DNA of 64,000 nt from Acidobacteriota bacterium (GCA_965263035.1 OZ253580.1:3712001-3776000); one strand, 5' to 3'. Shown: positions 45,342 through 56,344, numbered from the stretch's first letter. Numbers and translations: made by a program. Notes: generated by a model from the sequence alone, not told the origin.

Positions 45342-47162
45342 ATGAGTGAGGAGGTTCTGGAGGCCCGGCTCGGCCACCTTCCCGACAAGTGCGGCGTCTA
45401 CCTGTTCCGGGACGCCGAGCAGCGCATCATTTACATCGGCAAGGGCAAGAGCCTCAGGCACCGGGTGCGCTCCTACTTCCAAGCCAGCCGGTCCTGGGAC
45501 CAGAAGACGGAGGTTCTGAAGCGTCAGATTCGGGATCTTGAGTTCATCGTCACCGATACCGAAGTGGAAGCTCTCATCCTGGAGAGCAACCTGGTCCGCA
45601 AACACAAGCCCAAGTTCAACGTGAACTTGAAGGACGATAAATCCTTCCTGCTGGTGAAGCTGACGGTGAACGAGGACTTCCCCAGGGTCCTGCTCACCCG
45701 GCGCAAGCTGCGAGACGGAGCCCTCTACTTCGGGCCTTTCCTGCCGGCCTCTCTGGCCCGCAACACCATCAAGATCATCAACCGCCATTTTCTGCTCCGA
45801 ACCTGCGACATGGAGATCGACGGAGGTCTGGATCGACCCTGTCTCGAGTACTACATCAAACGCTGCCTGGGTCCGTGCGTGGCGGGTCTCTGTTCCCAGT
45901 CCCAGTACACCGCGTCGGTCAGGGACGTGATCCTGTTGCTCGAGGGAAAGAACGAGGAATTGCTCCGGAATCTGACTCGCCGGATGCTCGCCGCCTCCGA
46001 GAAGCTGCAGTACGAGACGGCGGCCTTCTACCGGGATCGAATCCGCATGGTCCGGGAACTCAAAGAGAAGCAGAAGATGATTCTGCGTGGGCCGTCAGAC
46101 GTGGACATCTTCGCCTACTACCGGGAGGGGTCCCGACTGGCCCTCCAACTCTTCACCATGCGGAACGCCAGGATCGTCGGGAAACGGGAGTTCTATTGGG
46201 AGGACCTGGAGTATTTCCATCCCGCCCGTTTCCTGAGGGATGCTCTCCAGCAATACTACCTGAACTCCGGATTCGTTCCCGGGGAGATCTATCTTCCCGC
46301 CGAGGCCGAGGACCGGGAGCTGATCCGGACTTGGCTCGACGGACGGCGAACCATCGGACAACGGCGGCAGGTACGCATCCTGGTGCCCCGGAGGGGGGAC
46401 AAGCACGACCTCCTGCTGTTGGTCGAACGCAACGCCAAGGTGGCTTTCGAGCGCCGTTTCAAAGTCTTGAGGACGGCCCGATTGAAGGTCTTGGAGGAGT
46501 TCCAGAGGCTTCTGGACCTGGAGGAGACTCCCGCTCGCATCGAGGCCTTCGACGTCTCCAACATCCAGGGAGAGGAGACGGTCGCTTCCATGGTGGTCTG
46601 TCTGGACGGACGCATGGAGCATGGCGAGTACCGGAAATACCGGATCAGGACGGTGTCCGGCCCCGACGACTATTCGGCCATGCGGGAAGCCGTCGGCCGG
46701 AGATACCGGCGTCTGCGGGAAAAAAAACAGACCCTTCCCCATTTGATTCTCATCGACGGAGGCAAGGGGCAACTGCACAGCGCGTATCAGGCGCTATCCG
46801 AGTTGGGGATCGAAGACACGCCCCTGATCAGCCTGGCAAAGCGGGAGGAGCACATCTTCGTCAAAGGGAGGGAGGATGCCCTCGTCCTGGACCGGGGCTC
46901 GCCCCTGTTGCATCTGGTCCAGGAGATCCGGGACGAAGCGCATCGTTTCGCGGTCAGCTACCATCGAAAGCGCCGCTCGATTCGGGATTTCGGTTCCGAG
47001 CTGGACCGTATCCGCGGCATCGGCGAGAAACGCAAGAAGCGGCTGTTGCGCAACTTCGGCAGCGTCAACCGAATCCGGCGAGCCACCACCGAAGAGTTGG
47101 TCCCCTTCCTGGGAGAAAAGCTGGCCATCCGCGTCAAGGAGGGCCTGTCCGGACCACGCTGA
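45342..47162 (+). CDS. uvrC: Excinuclease ABC subunit C
   Basis: GVYLF...YIGKGKSLRHRVRSYF GIY-YIG domain, RIEAFDVSN, LIDGGKGQL and RDEAHRFA. Confidence 0.97.
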   Translation: MSEEVLEARLGHLPDKCGVYLFRDAEQRIIYIGKGKSLRHRVRSYFQASRSWDQKTEVLKRQIRDLEFIVTDTEVEALILESNLVRKHKPKFNVNLKDDKSFLLVKLTVNEDFPRVLLTRRKLRDGALYFGPFLPASLARNTIKIINRHFLLRTCDMEIDGGLDRPCLEYYIKRCLGPCVAGLCSQSQYTASVRDVILLLEGKNEELLRNLTRRMLAASEKLQYETAAFYRDRIRMVRELKEKQKMILRGPSDVDIFAYYREGSRLALQLFTMRNARIVGKREFYWEDLEYFHPARFLRDALQQYYLNSGFVPGEIYLPAEAEDRELIRTWLDGRRTIGQRRQVRILVPRRGDKHDLLLLVERNAKVAFERRFKVLRTARLKVLEEFQRLLDLEETPARIEAFDVSNIQGEETVASMVVCLDGRMEHGEYRKYRIRTVSGPDDYSAMREAVGRRYRRLREKKQTLPHLILIDGGKGQLHSAYQALSELGIEDTPLISLAKREEHIFVKGREDALVLDRGSPLLHLVQEIRDEAHRFAVSYHRKRRSIRDFGSELDRIRGIGEKRKKRLLRNFGSVNRIRRATTEELVPFLGEKLAIRVKEGLSGPR

Positions 47163-47283
47163 GGGAGCGATGGCATTCCTGCCGCCGAACGCCAGAGTAA
47201 CGGCCAGGTGATGCGGGAGCGGGCGAAGAAGGGACGCCCAATGGAAGGTGGAGAAAGAGTGGGGGACAGGGATGTCCCCTCTC

Positions 47284-47859
47284 CTACCCGTACACGTGGG
47301 TGTTGTAGAAGGGGGCGAAAGCCGCGGTGAGAGCCAAGGCGTAGGACTGGTTCCGGTTGAGGAGCTCCTGGCTCAGGAGCATCCAGCCTTCCTGTCCGGA
47401 TTGCAGCTGCCGAGTTCGGCAAAACCGGTCGATGACGATCTCCAGCTCGATGCCTCGATCGATCACCGGATCGGCAATTTGAGATGGAACCGATATCCCG
47501 TTGCCGTGGCCGAAATAGCCGTTGAGACCGTCGGACACGTAGACCCAACTCTCCAGGACGACCTGCCGCCGAGCCCCCGAGGAAGCGATCACGTTGAATC
47601 CTTCCTCCATCCCGACGTAGAAGTCGGCTTCGCTCCGCTCCCGCTTCAGCTGCATGATGAGATGGTCCACACGACTCAGCACGTTCCAGGACAGGTCCGC
47701 CGAGGTCGTGGGGATCTTCGGAGCGTCGGTGGAAACGTCGTAACAGAGAAAATCGACGCCTTCATCGATCCCACGAGGCATCCTGTCCGCGAGCTCTTCC
47801 CAGATCTGCTTTACGGCATTCACCTTGGCGGGCCGAGTGCTCCCAACGGCGACTCTCAT
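47284..47859 (-). CDS. yjjX: Inosine/xanthosine triphosphatase (YjjX/DUF84 family)
   Basis: VAVGSTRPAKVNAV, FYVGMEEG and LTAAFAPF. Confidence 0.8.
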   Translation of the reverse strand: MRVAVGSTRPAKVNAVKQIWEELADRMPRGIDEGVDFLCYDVSTDAPKIPTTSADLSWNVLSRVDHLIMQLKRERSEADFYVGMEEGFNVIASSGARRQVVLESWVYVSDGLNGYFGHGNGISVPSQIADPVIDRGIELEIVIDRFCRTRQLQSGQEGWMLLSQELLNRNQSYALALTAAFAPFYNTHVYG

Positions 47860-47922
47860 CTCAATTCAGTCTAGCAGCCCATGGCGACCTTTTTCGATGC
47901 CGCATTCGATCCGTTTCATACC

Positions 47923-48729
47923 TCACCGGCCTCTCTCACTCCTCTTCTTCGGTGATTCGGATTGCAGCATTTCGACCAAGTCATGGTGAATCCGGCCATT
48001 GCTGGCCAGGACCGTCCGTTCCTCCAATTGGAACGGCGAACCGTCCAGATTGCTGACGCTTCCTTCGGCCTCCTCCACCACCAACCAGCCGGCCGCCATG
48101 TCCCAGGGACTCAGGCTCAACTCCCAGTAACCGTCAAAACGCCCACAGGCGACGTAGCAGAGATCGAGCGCAGCCGAGCCATCCCGACGCACGGCCTGGA
48201 CCTTGCGGGACACCTGTGCGAACAGTTCCAGGTTCATCTCCATCTCCCGGTAATCGTAGGAGAAACCCGTGGCGAGAAAGCCGTGGCGAAGATCCGCTTG
48301 TTCGGACACGCGGATGGGATTGCCGTTGAGTTGTGCTCCGCCCCCCAAGGTCGCCGAAAAGAGCTCTTCCGCCACCGGATCGTAGACGACTCCCAGCTGG
48401 ATCCGGCCTTCGACCCGATAGGCCAGGGAAACGCTGAAAAAGGGGTACCGGTGGGAGTAGTTGGTGGTGCCGTCCAAGGGATCGATCACCCATTGCCGCT
48501 CGCTCGCTCCATGAACGCCTGATTCTTCGGCCAGGATGGAATCGTGGGGGAAATGGCGTCTGATGGTCTCGATGATGGTCCTCTCGGCGGCGAGATCGGC
48601 CTCCGTCACCAGGTTTCTGGGACCCTTGGCGGATACCTCCAGGTCGGAGTCCATGAATTCCAGCAGGACTCGGCCACCCTCCAGTGCGGCGTCCCTGGCC
48701 ACCGCCATGATTGCGCTCGTTCCCGTCAC
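47923..48729 (-). CDS. suhB: Inositol monophosphatase family protein
   Basis: LVTEAD, WVIDPLDGTTNY, GSAALDLCYVACG and WDMAAG. Confidence 0.9.
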   Translation of the reverse strand: MTGTSAIMAVARDAALEGGRVLLEFMDSDLEVSAKGPRNLVTEADLAAERTIIETIRRHFPHDSILAEESGVHGASERQWVIDPLDGTTNYSHRYPFFSVSLAYRVEGRIQLGVVYDPVAEELFSATLGGGAQLNGNPIRVSEQADLRHGFLATGFSYDYREMEMNLELFAQVSRKVQAVRRDGSAALDLCYVACGRFDGYWELSLSPWDMAAGWLVVEEAEGSVSNLDGSPFQLEERTVLASNGRIHHDLVEMLQSESPKKRSERGR

Positions 48730-49223
48730 GTGTCCCCGCCGGTCTGGACCAGCAGGACGACCGACTGAACGGCAATTCCCTCGCGGCGGCCGATCGTGCC
48801 GCAGCCTTCCATAGTGGTCGCCTTGAGGCCGATCCGTCCCGGCTCCACCGACAGCAGCCTCGCCAGATTCGCCTTCATGGCCTCCACGTAGGGCTGGATC
48901 CGGGGGACTTCCGCCAGCACGGTGATGTCCAGGTTGACGACGGCGAACCCCCTGTCCCGTACCAGCTCATACGCCTTCTCCAAAAGCATCAGACTGGAGC
49001 TGTCGCGGTAAGCCGGATCGGTGTCGGGAAACCAGGTGCCGATGTCCCTCAGTCCGGCGGCGCCCAGAAGGGCGTCGGTCACCGCATGGAGCAGAGCGTC
49101 GGCGTCCGAGTGCCCCTGCAACCCCAGGGGGTGTGGGATCCGGACTCCACCCAGCAAGAGGCGCCGATCCCGGCCAAAAGGGTGAAAGTCGAATCCCAGG
49201 CCGACACGAAATCCGTCCGTCAT
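48726..49223 (-). CDS. ispF: 2-C-methyl-D-erythritol 2,4-cyclodiphosphate synthase
   Basis: RVGLGFDFH, GHSDADALLHA, DIGTWFPD and KATT; start ATG 49223. Confidence 0.95.
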   Translation of the reverse strand: MTDGFRVGLGFDFHPFGRDRRLLLGGVRIPHPLGLQGHSDADALLHAVTDALLGAAGLRDIGTWFPDTDPAYRDSSSLMLLEKAYELVRDRGFAVVNLDITVLAEVPRIQPYVEAMKANLARLLSVEPGRIGLKATTMEGCGTIGRREGIAVQSVVLLVQTGGDT

Positions 49224-49287
49224 GTCTGCACTCCGTACCCTCGAACCCCTGGAAACGTTTCCGAAGCGCCGGCCACCGTGCGGGATC

Positions 49288-49968
49288 TCACAGGTCCCCC
49301 TCGAATGTGACCTTGAGGTTCCTGGGGTCTCCCTCCACTGCCTGAACCTCCATTCCAATGCGCTCCACCAGGGAGGCTTCGTCGGTTCCGTAGAAGTGGT
49401 CCTGCCCGGCTTGCCGGAGGGCCTCCTTGAGGACTTCGGCCGGAAATCCCTGCGGCGTCTGGGCCAGGCCCAGGCGCTCACGCTCCAGGGTTCGCTCCAC
49501 CCTGCCCGAAACCACCTCCTTCACCGTGTCCCGAATCTTCAGGATGGGAACCGCGGCGCTCCCTCGGCGGACCGTCCGGATCACCCGGGCGATCAGCGGG
49601 GCATCAACGAAAGGCCGGGCCGCATCGTGGACCAGGACGACCTCCACGGGGGGAGAGAGCAGTTGGAGACCCCTGGACACGGTATCCTGACGGTGGCGCC
49701 CACCTGGAACCACCTGCAACTTCTTGTCCCGGGAAGCCCCTCCCGACAACTCTTGCCGGACCATCTCGATCCAGTCGTCCGGCACCAGTATCACCGCCTC
49801 GTCCAGGAAAGGAAGGAAGGGATCAAGGGCCAGCCGATACAGGCGCTCGCCCCCCATCCTCAAGAACTGCTTTGGAATCTGGGAGCCGAATCGGGAGCCG
49901 CTGCCGGCAGCCGCCAGAATCAGTCCGGTCAAGGTCCGATTCCCGGGAGCGCGATCGCTTCGAGGCAC
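49288..49968 (-). CDS. ispD: 2-C-methyl-D-erythritol 4-phosphate cytidylyltransferase
   Basis: LAAAGSGSRFG, PKQF, VHDAARP, AQTPQGF and NLKVT; true start may be TTG near 49932. Confidence 0.93.
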   Translation of the reverse strand: MPRSDRAPGNRTLTGLILAAAGSGSRFGSQIPKQFLRMGGERLYRLALDPFLPFLDEAVILVPDDWIEMVRQELSGGASRDKKLQVVPGGRHRQDTVSRGLQLLSPPVEVVLVHDAARPFVDAPLIARVIRTVRRGSAAVPILKIRDTVKEVVSGRVERTLERERLGLAQTPQGFPAEVLKEALRQAGQDHFYGTDEASLVERIGMEVQAVEGDPRNLKVTFEGDL

Positions 49969-51296
49969 TCGCCGACCGTGGCCACCCCCTGCAAAGAGAC
50001 CCCGCGAACCGGTTCATTCAGGGGCAGGCTGTTGGCGGGCAGAATCAGGTTTCGAAAGCCCATCATTGACGCTTCCTTGACCCGGTTTTGCGGGAAGCTG
50101 ACGGCCCGGATCTCACCTGCGAGGCCGACTTCTCCGAAGACGACCGTCGACTCGGGAAGAGGGCGGTTTCCCAGGCTCGACACGATGGCTGCAACGATGG
50201 CCAGGTCCACTCCCGGCTCGGTCAAGGAGAAGCCGCCGGCGACGTTGATGTAGACGTCGCTACCCAGAAGATCCAGCCCGAGACGTTTCTCCAGCATGGC
50301 CAAGAGCAGTGCCACCCGGTTGGCGTCGACTCCGTCCGTCATCCGCCTGGCGGAGCTGAAACCACTCTGGCTGACCAGAGCCTGGACTTCCACGAGCATC
50401 GGCCTCGAACCCTCGATGGTGCAGGTGACGGCGGATCCCGAAACCCGCTCGCTGCGCTGGGACAGGAATAGCCTGGACGGATTCTCGACACAGCGAAGTC
50501 CCCGGCTGGACATTTCGAAGATGCCCAGCTCGTTGGACGGACCGAATCGGTTCTTGACCGCCCGGACGATCTTTTCGTTCCGGTGACGAGTCCCCTCGAA
50601 GTAGAGCACCACGTCCACGATGTGCTCCAGCGCCTTGGGTCCGGCCAGAGCCCCGTCTTTGGTGATGTGTCCGATGAGAAGGACCGGAATGCCTTCCCGC
50701 TTGGCAAAGACCAGCAGCTCGGCGGCGCAGTCCCGTATCTGGCTGATGCTGCCCGGGATGGAATCGGAGGCCTCGCTGAACATGGTCTGGATCGAGTCCA
50801 CGATCACCACCGACGGCCGGAGACTCCCGATCTGGTCCAGAATCCGCTCCAGACAGGTCTCCCCCAACAGGTAGAGCCGCGTTCCCTTGACCTGCAACCG
50901 GTCACCGCGAAGGCGAATCTGCTCGACGGACTCCTCTCCCGCCACGTAGAGCACGGGACGGCCCTGGTTCGAGAGGCTCTCGGCCACCTGAAGCAAGAGG
51001 GTCGACTTGCCGATTCCCGGCTCTCCTCCCAACAGAATCAGGGAACCGGGCACGATCCCGCCACCCAGGGTCCGGTCGACCTCCGAGTTGCCGGTAGTCA
51101 TTCGTTGAACCCCGCTGCTCTGAATCTCCGCATAGGCGTGCGCCGTTACGGCCGGTCTGGATTTGCCCGAAGTGGAAACCTTTTCCTCCACCAGGGCGTT
51201 CCAGTCACCGCAAGAGGGGCAACGGCCGAACCACTTGGGACTCTGGAAGCCGCACTCGCTGCAGACGTGCAAGTGCTTGAGGGGGGCTGCAACCAT
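49929..51296 (-). CDS. radA: DNA repair protein RadA/Sms
   Basis: CSECG...CPSC zinc finger, GEPGIGKSTLLLQ and KNRFG. Confidence 0.97.
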   Translation of the reverse strand: MVAAPLKHLHVCSECGFQSPKWFGRCPSCGDWNALVEEKVSTSGKSRPAVTAHAYAEIQSSGVQRMTTGNSEVDRTLGGGIVPGSLILLGGEPGIGKSTLLLQVAESLSNQGRPVLYVAGEESVEQIRLRGDRLQVKGTRLYLLGETCLERILDQIGSLRPSVVIVDSIQTMFSEASDSIPGSISQIRDCAAELLVFAKREGIPVLLIGHITKDGALAGPKALEHIVDVVLYFEGTRHRNEKIVRAVKNRFGPSNELGIFEMSSRGLRCVENPSRLFLSQRSERVSGSAVTCTIEGSRPMLVEVQALVSQSGFSSARRMTDGVDANRVALLLAMLEKRLGLDLLGSDVYINVAGGFSLTEPGVDLAIVAAIVSSLGNRPLPESTVVFGEVGLAGEIRAVSFPQNRVKEASMMGFRNLILPANSLPLNEPVRGVSLQGVATVGECLEAIALPGIGP

Positions 51297-51310
51297 TGCG
51301 GGAATTCTAT

Positions 51311-51470
51311 CAGCCCGTAGTAAAAGTCGTCACGGCATTCGACCGTCCCTGCATCGTGCGCGGAATGCGTTGCTATCGGCTCACATACTCCCGGTATGCT
51401 CCCTCCGTTGCGCCTTGTCCGGCGGGCGCAGGAACGGTCTCGGTGCTCGCGGGACTTTCACCACGGACTG
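51311..51470 (+). mobile_element. Family B MITE copy B5 (followed by a degenerate B-start fragment at about 51478-51500)
   Basis: Matches B1 end to end; TAT/ATA flanks. Confidence 0.85.
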
Positions 51471-51534
51471 ATATTAGCCGCCCGTGGCAGAAAGTCGTCG
51501 CTTCCGGTCCGGCAGAGGCTGCGCCGTCTCCGGG

Positions 51535-52884
51535 CTACGCGGGGTTCTCGAAACGGGTCCACTCATCCACGAATGCCAGCTTCACCCGACCCGTGGGACC
51601 GTTTCGCTGTTTGCCGATGATGATCTGAGCGTAGCGGTCCTCGTCGTCCAGGTCCTCCTCTTTTTTGTAGAAGGACTCTCGAAAGATGAAGAGGACCACG
51701 TCGGCGTCCTGCTCGATGGAACCGGACTCGCGCAGATCCGATAACAGGGGCTCGTGGTTCCCGCGTCTCTGCTCCGGCGCCCGGCTCAGTTGGGAGATAG
51801 CGATCAGAGGCACGTTCAGCTCCTTGGCAAGAGCCTTCAGCGAACGGCTGATGGTGGAAATCTCCTGCTGCCGGTTCTCCTGCCGCCGTCGCCCGGAGAC
51901 CTCTCCCGACATCAGCTGGAGATAATCTACGATGAGCAGATCCAGTCCCTGTTCCGAGGCCAGGCGACGAGTCTTGGAACGCATCTCCAACAGGGAGATG
52001 CCGGGAGTGTCGTCGATGAAGAGCTGAGCCTGTGAGAGGCGGCTCAGAGCCCCGGCCATCAAGGTCCAGTCCTGCTTGGAAAGGAATCCGGAGCGCATTT
52101 TGTGGCTGTCTACGCGAGCCTCGGAGCAGAGTAGCCGCAGGGCCAGTTGCTGGGAGGACATCTCCAGGCTGAATACACCCACCACCTTCTGCTGCTTCAC
52201 CGTCACGTGCTGGGCAATGTTCAGCGCCATACTGGTCTTTCCCAGACCGGGCCGCGCCGCGATGATGATGAGATCGGAGTCCTGTAGACCCGACATCATC
52301 TGATCCAGCTGGGTGAAGCCCGTGGCGACCCCGGTGACCACCCCCTTGTGCTCGTGGAGGTGCTCCATGTGCCTGTAGGCCGAGGCAAGGAGTTCCTGCA
52401 GGGGGGCGAATCCGGTGCGGGATCTCTCTTGGCCGATCTGGAAGATGGCCTTCTCCGCCTCCTCCAGGAGGAGGCCGGGATCCTCCTCGTCGGAAAAACT
52501 GCGATTCAGAATGTCGTTGGCGGAGTGGACCAGCTTTCGAAGGAGGGACTTTTCCTTGACGATACCGGCATAGTGCTCGATGTTGGCGATACGGGGAACG
52601 CCGTCCACGAGGGAGGCGATATAGGATACGCCTCCGACCGCGTCCAAGTCGGTCCTCCGCGCCAATTCTTCCCGCAGGGTCAGGATGTCGATGGCCCTGG
52701 ACGCTCCGGCCAGGGAGACGATGGTGTCGAAGATGCGGCGGTGGCTTTCCAGATAGAAGTCTTCGCTGACCAGCAACTGGGCCGCCTGGTCGAACACCCG
52801 ATTGTCCAGCAGCACCGCCCCCAGGACGGCTCGTTCCGCTTCGGCGCTGTGGGGGAGTGTCTTCTCCAGGGAGGGGGAATTCAT
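51535..52884 (-). CDS. dnaB: Replicative DNA helicase (no intein)
   Basis: AARPGLGKT, FSLEMS, VDYLQLM, SDLRESGSIEQDAD and KQRNGPTG. Confidence 0.98.
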   Translation of the reverse strand: MNSPSLEKTLPHSAEAERAVLGAVLLDNRVFDQAAQLLVSEDFYLESHRRIFDTIVSLAGASRAIDILTLREELARRTDLDAVGGVSYIASLVDGVPRIANIEHYAGIVKEKSLLRKLVHSANDILNRSFSDEEDPGLLLEEAEKAIFQIGQERSRTGFAPLQELLASAYRHMEHLHEHKGVVTGVATGFTQLDQMMSGLQDSDLIIIAARPGLGKTSMALNIAQHVTVKQQKVVGVFSLEMSSQQLALRLLCSEARVDSHKMRSGFLSKQDWTLMAGALSRLSQAQLFIDDTPGISLLEMRSKTRRLASEQGLDLLIVDYLQLMSGEVSGRRRQENRQQEISTISRSLKALAKELNVPLIAISQLSRAPEQRRGNHEPLLSDLRESGSIEQDADVVLFIFRESFYKKEEDLDDEDRYAQIIIGKQRNGPTGRVKLAFVDEWTRFENPA

Positions 52885-52979
52885 GTGCCCCGCTTATATT
52901 GGGGTTGGGGCTGCATGCGGAAGCCGAATAACGAGCCGCGGGCCATGGTCACGGCTCTGTTCATCCAGGACGTCTCCCG

Positions 52980-53549
52980 TTAGCCGGAATCCGAATCGGG
53001 AGTTTCGATTCCGGCCGCCTTGTTCTCATCGACCAGGAACTCCAACTCGGCCACCAATCGGTTGGACTCGTCATCCTGCTGTTTCAGCTGCTGCACCGGA
53101 GCCTCTTCCTCGGGAACGATGGAGACCAGAAGTTGGGCCGTGACCTCGCCGTGACACCGGATGTCCAACCGGTAGTTGCCGATGCTCTTGATGGGGTGCT
53201 CCAGCGTGATCTTGCGGCGATCCACTTCGATCCCGTTTGCGGAGAGCAGGTCGGAGACGTCCCTCGACGTCACCGAGCCGAACAGCAGTCCCGTTTCTCC
53301 CGCCCTTCGACTCAGCACTGCGTGCCGGCGCGTCAATTCTTCGGCCAGAAGCTCGGCCTCTCCCTTGTGTTTCGCCTCCCGCCGGGCCTGGGCCAGCCTC
53401 TGCGATGCCACCAGCTTCAGGTTGGCCGGAGTCGAGAGCAGCGCCAGTCCCTTGGGCAGCAGGTAGTTTCGTCCATAGCCATTGGCCACGCGAACCGCAT
53501 CGCCGCGCCGCCCGAGATGCTCGACGTCACCCACCAGAATCAGTTCCAT
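52980..53549 (-). CDS. rplI: 50S ribosomal protein L9
   Basis: LGRRGDAVRVANGYGRNYLLP and LFGSVT; acidic C-terminal extension. Confidence 0.95.
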   Translation of the reverse strand: MELILVGDVEHLGRRGDAVRVANGYGRNYLLPKGLALLSTPANLKLVASQRLAQARREAKHKGEAELLAEELTRRHAVLSRRAGETGLLFGSVTSRDVSDLLSANGIEVDRRKITLEHPIKSIGNYRLDIRCHGEVTAQLLVSIVPEEEAPVQQLKQQDDESNRLVAELEFLVDENKAAGIETPDSDSG

Positions 53550-53585
53550 GGTCGTGCCCCTCAGTGGAAAAACAGTGGTCGGAGA

Positions 53586-53798
53586 TCAGTCCGAGACGTA
53601 GGGAAGGAGGGCCAGATGGCGAGCCCGCTTCAAGGCTCGCTTCAGCTTGCGCTGGTGGGGCGCACAGACGCCGCTGAGCCTGCGAGGCGAAATCTTGGCC
53701 CGCTCCGGCACGTACTGATTCAGCATCCTCACATCTTTGAAGTCGATGTATTCGATCTTGTCGGCGCAGAACTTGCAAAACCTGCGTCTTCTAGGCAT
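53586..53798 (-). CDS. rpsR: 30S ribosomal protein S18 (Zn-binding C+ form)
   Basis: [22 protein letters not shown] and ARHLALLPY; start ATG 53798. Confidence 0.95.
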   Translation of the reverse strand: MPRRRRFCKFCADKIEYIDFKDVRMLNQYVPERAKISPRRLSGVCAPHQRKLKRALKRARHLALLPYVSD

Positions 53799-54189
53799 GG
53801 CTCGCTTCCCGGGACGCGGAACCCACTGCCGGCGCGGGTGTTTCCGGCTCGGTCCTGCGTCGTTCTTTTTTCCTCTTTTTGCCTTCGGCGCGCTTGCGCT
53901 CCAAGTCGACGCGAACGGTGAGGAAACGGATGATGGAGTCATTGACCTTGATCCGCCGCTCCAATTCAAGCACTGCGTCGTTGGAGTCCGCCAGCAAGGT
54001 GAAAATGACGTATTTCCCGTCGGTGTGTTTCTTGACCGGAAAGGCCAAGCGCCGGCGCCCCCACCTGTCCACGTTGGCCACCTCTGCCCCGCGTTCCTCG
54101 GCGGCCTGCCGGAGGCTGTCGATGATGGTCCGGGCCTGCTCCTCGTCCAGCGTTGGAGCCAGAATGAAAATCGCCTCGTATTCCCTCAT
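53791..54189 (-). CDS. rpsF: 30S ribosomal protein S6
   Basis: [20 protein letters not shown] and IIRFLTV; start ATG 54189. Confidence 0.95.
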   Translation of the reverse strand: MREYEAIFILAPTLDEEQARTIIDSLRQAAEERGAEVANVDRWGRRRLAFPVKKHTDGKYVIFTLLADSNDAVLELERRIKVNDSIIRFLTVRVDLERKRAEGKKRKKERRRTEPETPAPAVGSASREASHA

Positions 54190-54199
54190 TCGATTGCTC

Positions 54200-54247
54200 G
54201 ATCCTCTGTGGTTCGAACCACACTTTCGGAAGTTGCTCAGTGTAGCA
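54200..54247 (-). promoter_or_regulatory. Internal promoter (TGcTACACT) and putative S6:S18 autoregulatory leader
   Basis: Minus strand: TGCTACACT, then TTCCG, perfect hairpin TGTGGTTCGAACCACA (54207-54222) and GAGG SD. Confidence 0.5.
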
Positions 54248-54304
54248 CAGCCCCCGTCTCTGCTGACAGCGTGGAGCCGCATTCACCGAGGCCGGCCATG
54301 CCGG

Positions 54305-56344
54305 CTACACCAACAACGGCGCGATCACCAGCGCGACGATGGACATGAGCTTGACCAGGATGTTCATGGACGGACCGCTCGTGTCCTTGAACGGGTCCCC
54401 CACGGTGTCACCCACCACGGCCGCCTTGTGGGCCTCCGAGCCCTTGCCTCCCAGAATGCCCTCCTCGATCATCTTCTTGGCATTGTCCCAGGCGCCTCCT
54501 GAGTTGGACATGAAGAGCGCCAACAGCACGCCCACCAGCATCGACCCGGCCAGCATTCCCCCCAGAGAATGGGGTCCCAGCACGAAACCGACGATGACCG
54601 GGGCCGCCACGGCGGTGATACCGGGAGCCACCATCTCCTTCAGAGCCGCCCGGGTGGAGATATCGATGCACCGAGTCGTGTCCGGTTCGGCCTCGCCCTC
54701 CATGAGCCCCGGGATCTCCCTGAACTGGCGCCGGACCTCCTCCACCATCTTGAAGGCCGCACGTCCCACCGAGGACATGGTGAGGTTCCCGATGAAGAAG
54801 GGGAGGGCTCCCCCGATGAAGAAGCCGACAACGACCCGGGGATCGATGAGATCCAGCTGAAGCTGTTTGCCGGGCAGACTCTGGGCCACGGTCTGGGCAT
54901 AGGCCGAAAACAGGGCCAGAGCGGTGAGCGCCGCCGAGCCGATGGCGAAACCCTTGCCGATGGCGGCGGTGGTATTGCCCAGGGAATCCAGGCTGTCGGT
55001 GATCTTCCGGACGTCGGGCCCCAAGCCGCTCATCTCGGAGATCCCGCCGGCATTGTCTGCTATGGGGCCGTAGGCGTCGACCGACATGGTCACACCCACC
55101 GTCGCCAGCATGCCCACCGCGGCGATCCCGATTCCGTAGAGGCCTGCGAAGTTGTAGGCGACAAGGATGGTTCCGGCGATGGTCAGTATGGGGAGAGCCG
55201 TCGACTCCATCCCCACGGCCAGACCCGAGATGATGTTGGTGGCGGCGCCGGTCTTGCAGGATTCGGCAATGCGACGGACCGGCTTGCCCGAGGTATACCA
55301 CTCGGTAAGCAATCCAATGAGGACTCCTGCGACGGCCCCGACCAAGACCGCATAGAAGACGCCCGACTCGAGTTCCAGCGCACGGACCGCGACCCAGGTC
55401 CCCGCCAGCAGGAGCAGGGCGCTCACATACGTGGCATTGCGGAGCACCGCAGCCGGACTGAGATTGCGGAGCACGCGAATGGAAACCACACCGATGAGCG
55501 AAGCGATCAGGCCGATGGCGATGACCACCAGGGGAAACAGCATGTAACGGCTCTTCTCAGCGTCCCCGATCATGAGTATCTGACTGGTCCCGGCCGCCGC
55601 GATGGCAATAGTGGCGATCACCGAGCCGACGTAACTCTCGAAAATGTCCGCTCCCATACCGGCCGTGTCTCCGACACAATCGCCCACGTTGTCGGCGATG
55701 GTGGCCGGGTTTCTCGGGTCATCCTCGGGAATTCCCGCTTCCACCTTGCCTACCAGATCGGCGCCCACGTCCGCCGTCTTGGTATAGATTCCGCCGCCCA
55801 CTCTGGCGAAAAGTGCGATGGAGCTGGCGCCCATGGCAAAACCGTTGATGTCGCGCGCGGAAATGAAGCCGTTGCTGTAGAGCAGGAAGGCGATGCAGAT
55901 GCCCAACATGCCCAAGCTGGCAACCGAGAGCCCCATCACGGCTCCTCCGGAGAAGGCCACGTTAAGGGCGTCGCCGATACCGGAGGCTGAGGCGGCCTGT
56001 GTGGTTCGGACGTTGGCGCGGGTCGCCGCCTTCAAGCCGAAAAAACCGGCAATCATGGACAGGACCGCTCCGGCCAGAAAGGCCATTCCGGTTCCCGCCG
56101 AAAGACTCCACCAGAGCAGTAGGAAGACCACCACGACGAAGATGGCCAGAATCCCGTACTCGCGGCGCAGAAACACCATGGCTCCGTCATGGATCGTGTC
56201 GGAGATGCGGCGCATCGTCTCGTTCTGAATGTCTATCTTGGTGATGAACCGGTAGATCAGGCCGGCTGCAAGGAGTCCGGCCAAGGCCACCACGCCCACC
56301 GCGGGAACCAGTTCTCCAGGAGAAAGAAAGTTCGCAAAGACCAT
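54305..56344 (-). CDS. hppA: Membrane-bound cation-translocating pyrophosphatase (K+-dependent type, probably Na+-PPase)
   Basis: [38 protein letters not shown] (Ala at the K+ determinant) and [14 protein letters not shown]. Confidence 0.93.
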   Translation of the reverse strand: MVFANFLSPGELVPAVGVVALAGLLAAGLIYRFITKIDIQNETMRRISDTIHDGAMVFLRREYGILAIFVVVVFLLLWWSLSAGTGMAFLAGAVLSMIAGFFGLKAATRANVRTTQAASASGIGDALNVAFSGGAVMGLSVASLGMLGICIAFLLYSNGFISARDINGFAMGASSIALFARVGGGIYTKTADVGADLVGKVEAGIPEDDPRNPATIADNVGDCVGDTAGMGADIFESYVGSVIATIAIAAAGTSQILMIGDAEKSRYMLFPLVVIAIGLIASLIGVVSIRVLRNLSPAAVLRNATYVSALLLLAGTWVAVRALELESGVFYAVLVGAVAGVLIGLLTEWYTSGKPVRRIAESCKTGAATNIISGLAVGMESTALPILTIAGTILVAYNFAGLYGIGIAAVGMLATVGVTMSVDAYGPIADNAGGISEMSGLGPDVRKITDSLDSLGNTTAAIGKGFAIGSAALTALALFSAYAQTVAQSLPGKQLQLDLIDPRVVVGFFIGGALPFFIGNLTMSSVGRAAFKMVEEVRRQFREIPGLMEGEAEPDTTRCIDISTRAALKEMVAPGITAVAAPVIVGFVLGPHSLGGMLAGSMLVGVLLALFMSNSGGAWDNAKKMIEEGILGGKGSEAHKAAVVGDTVGDPFKDTSGPSMNILVKLMSIVALVIAPLLV

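Noticed and set aside
19706-51470. Recurrent ~160-bp repeats as a CRISPR array or protein-coding repeats
   Set aside because: Dispersed, with terminal inverted repeats and no repeat-spacer periodicity or cas genes; the ORFs crossing them are incidental.
51535-52884. Possible intein or intron in dnaB
   Set aside because: 449 aa, normal length with contiguous motifs.
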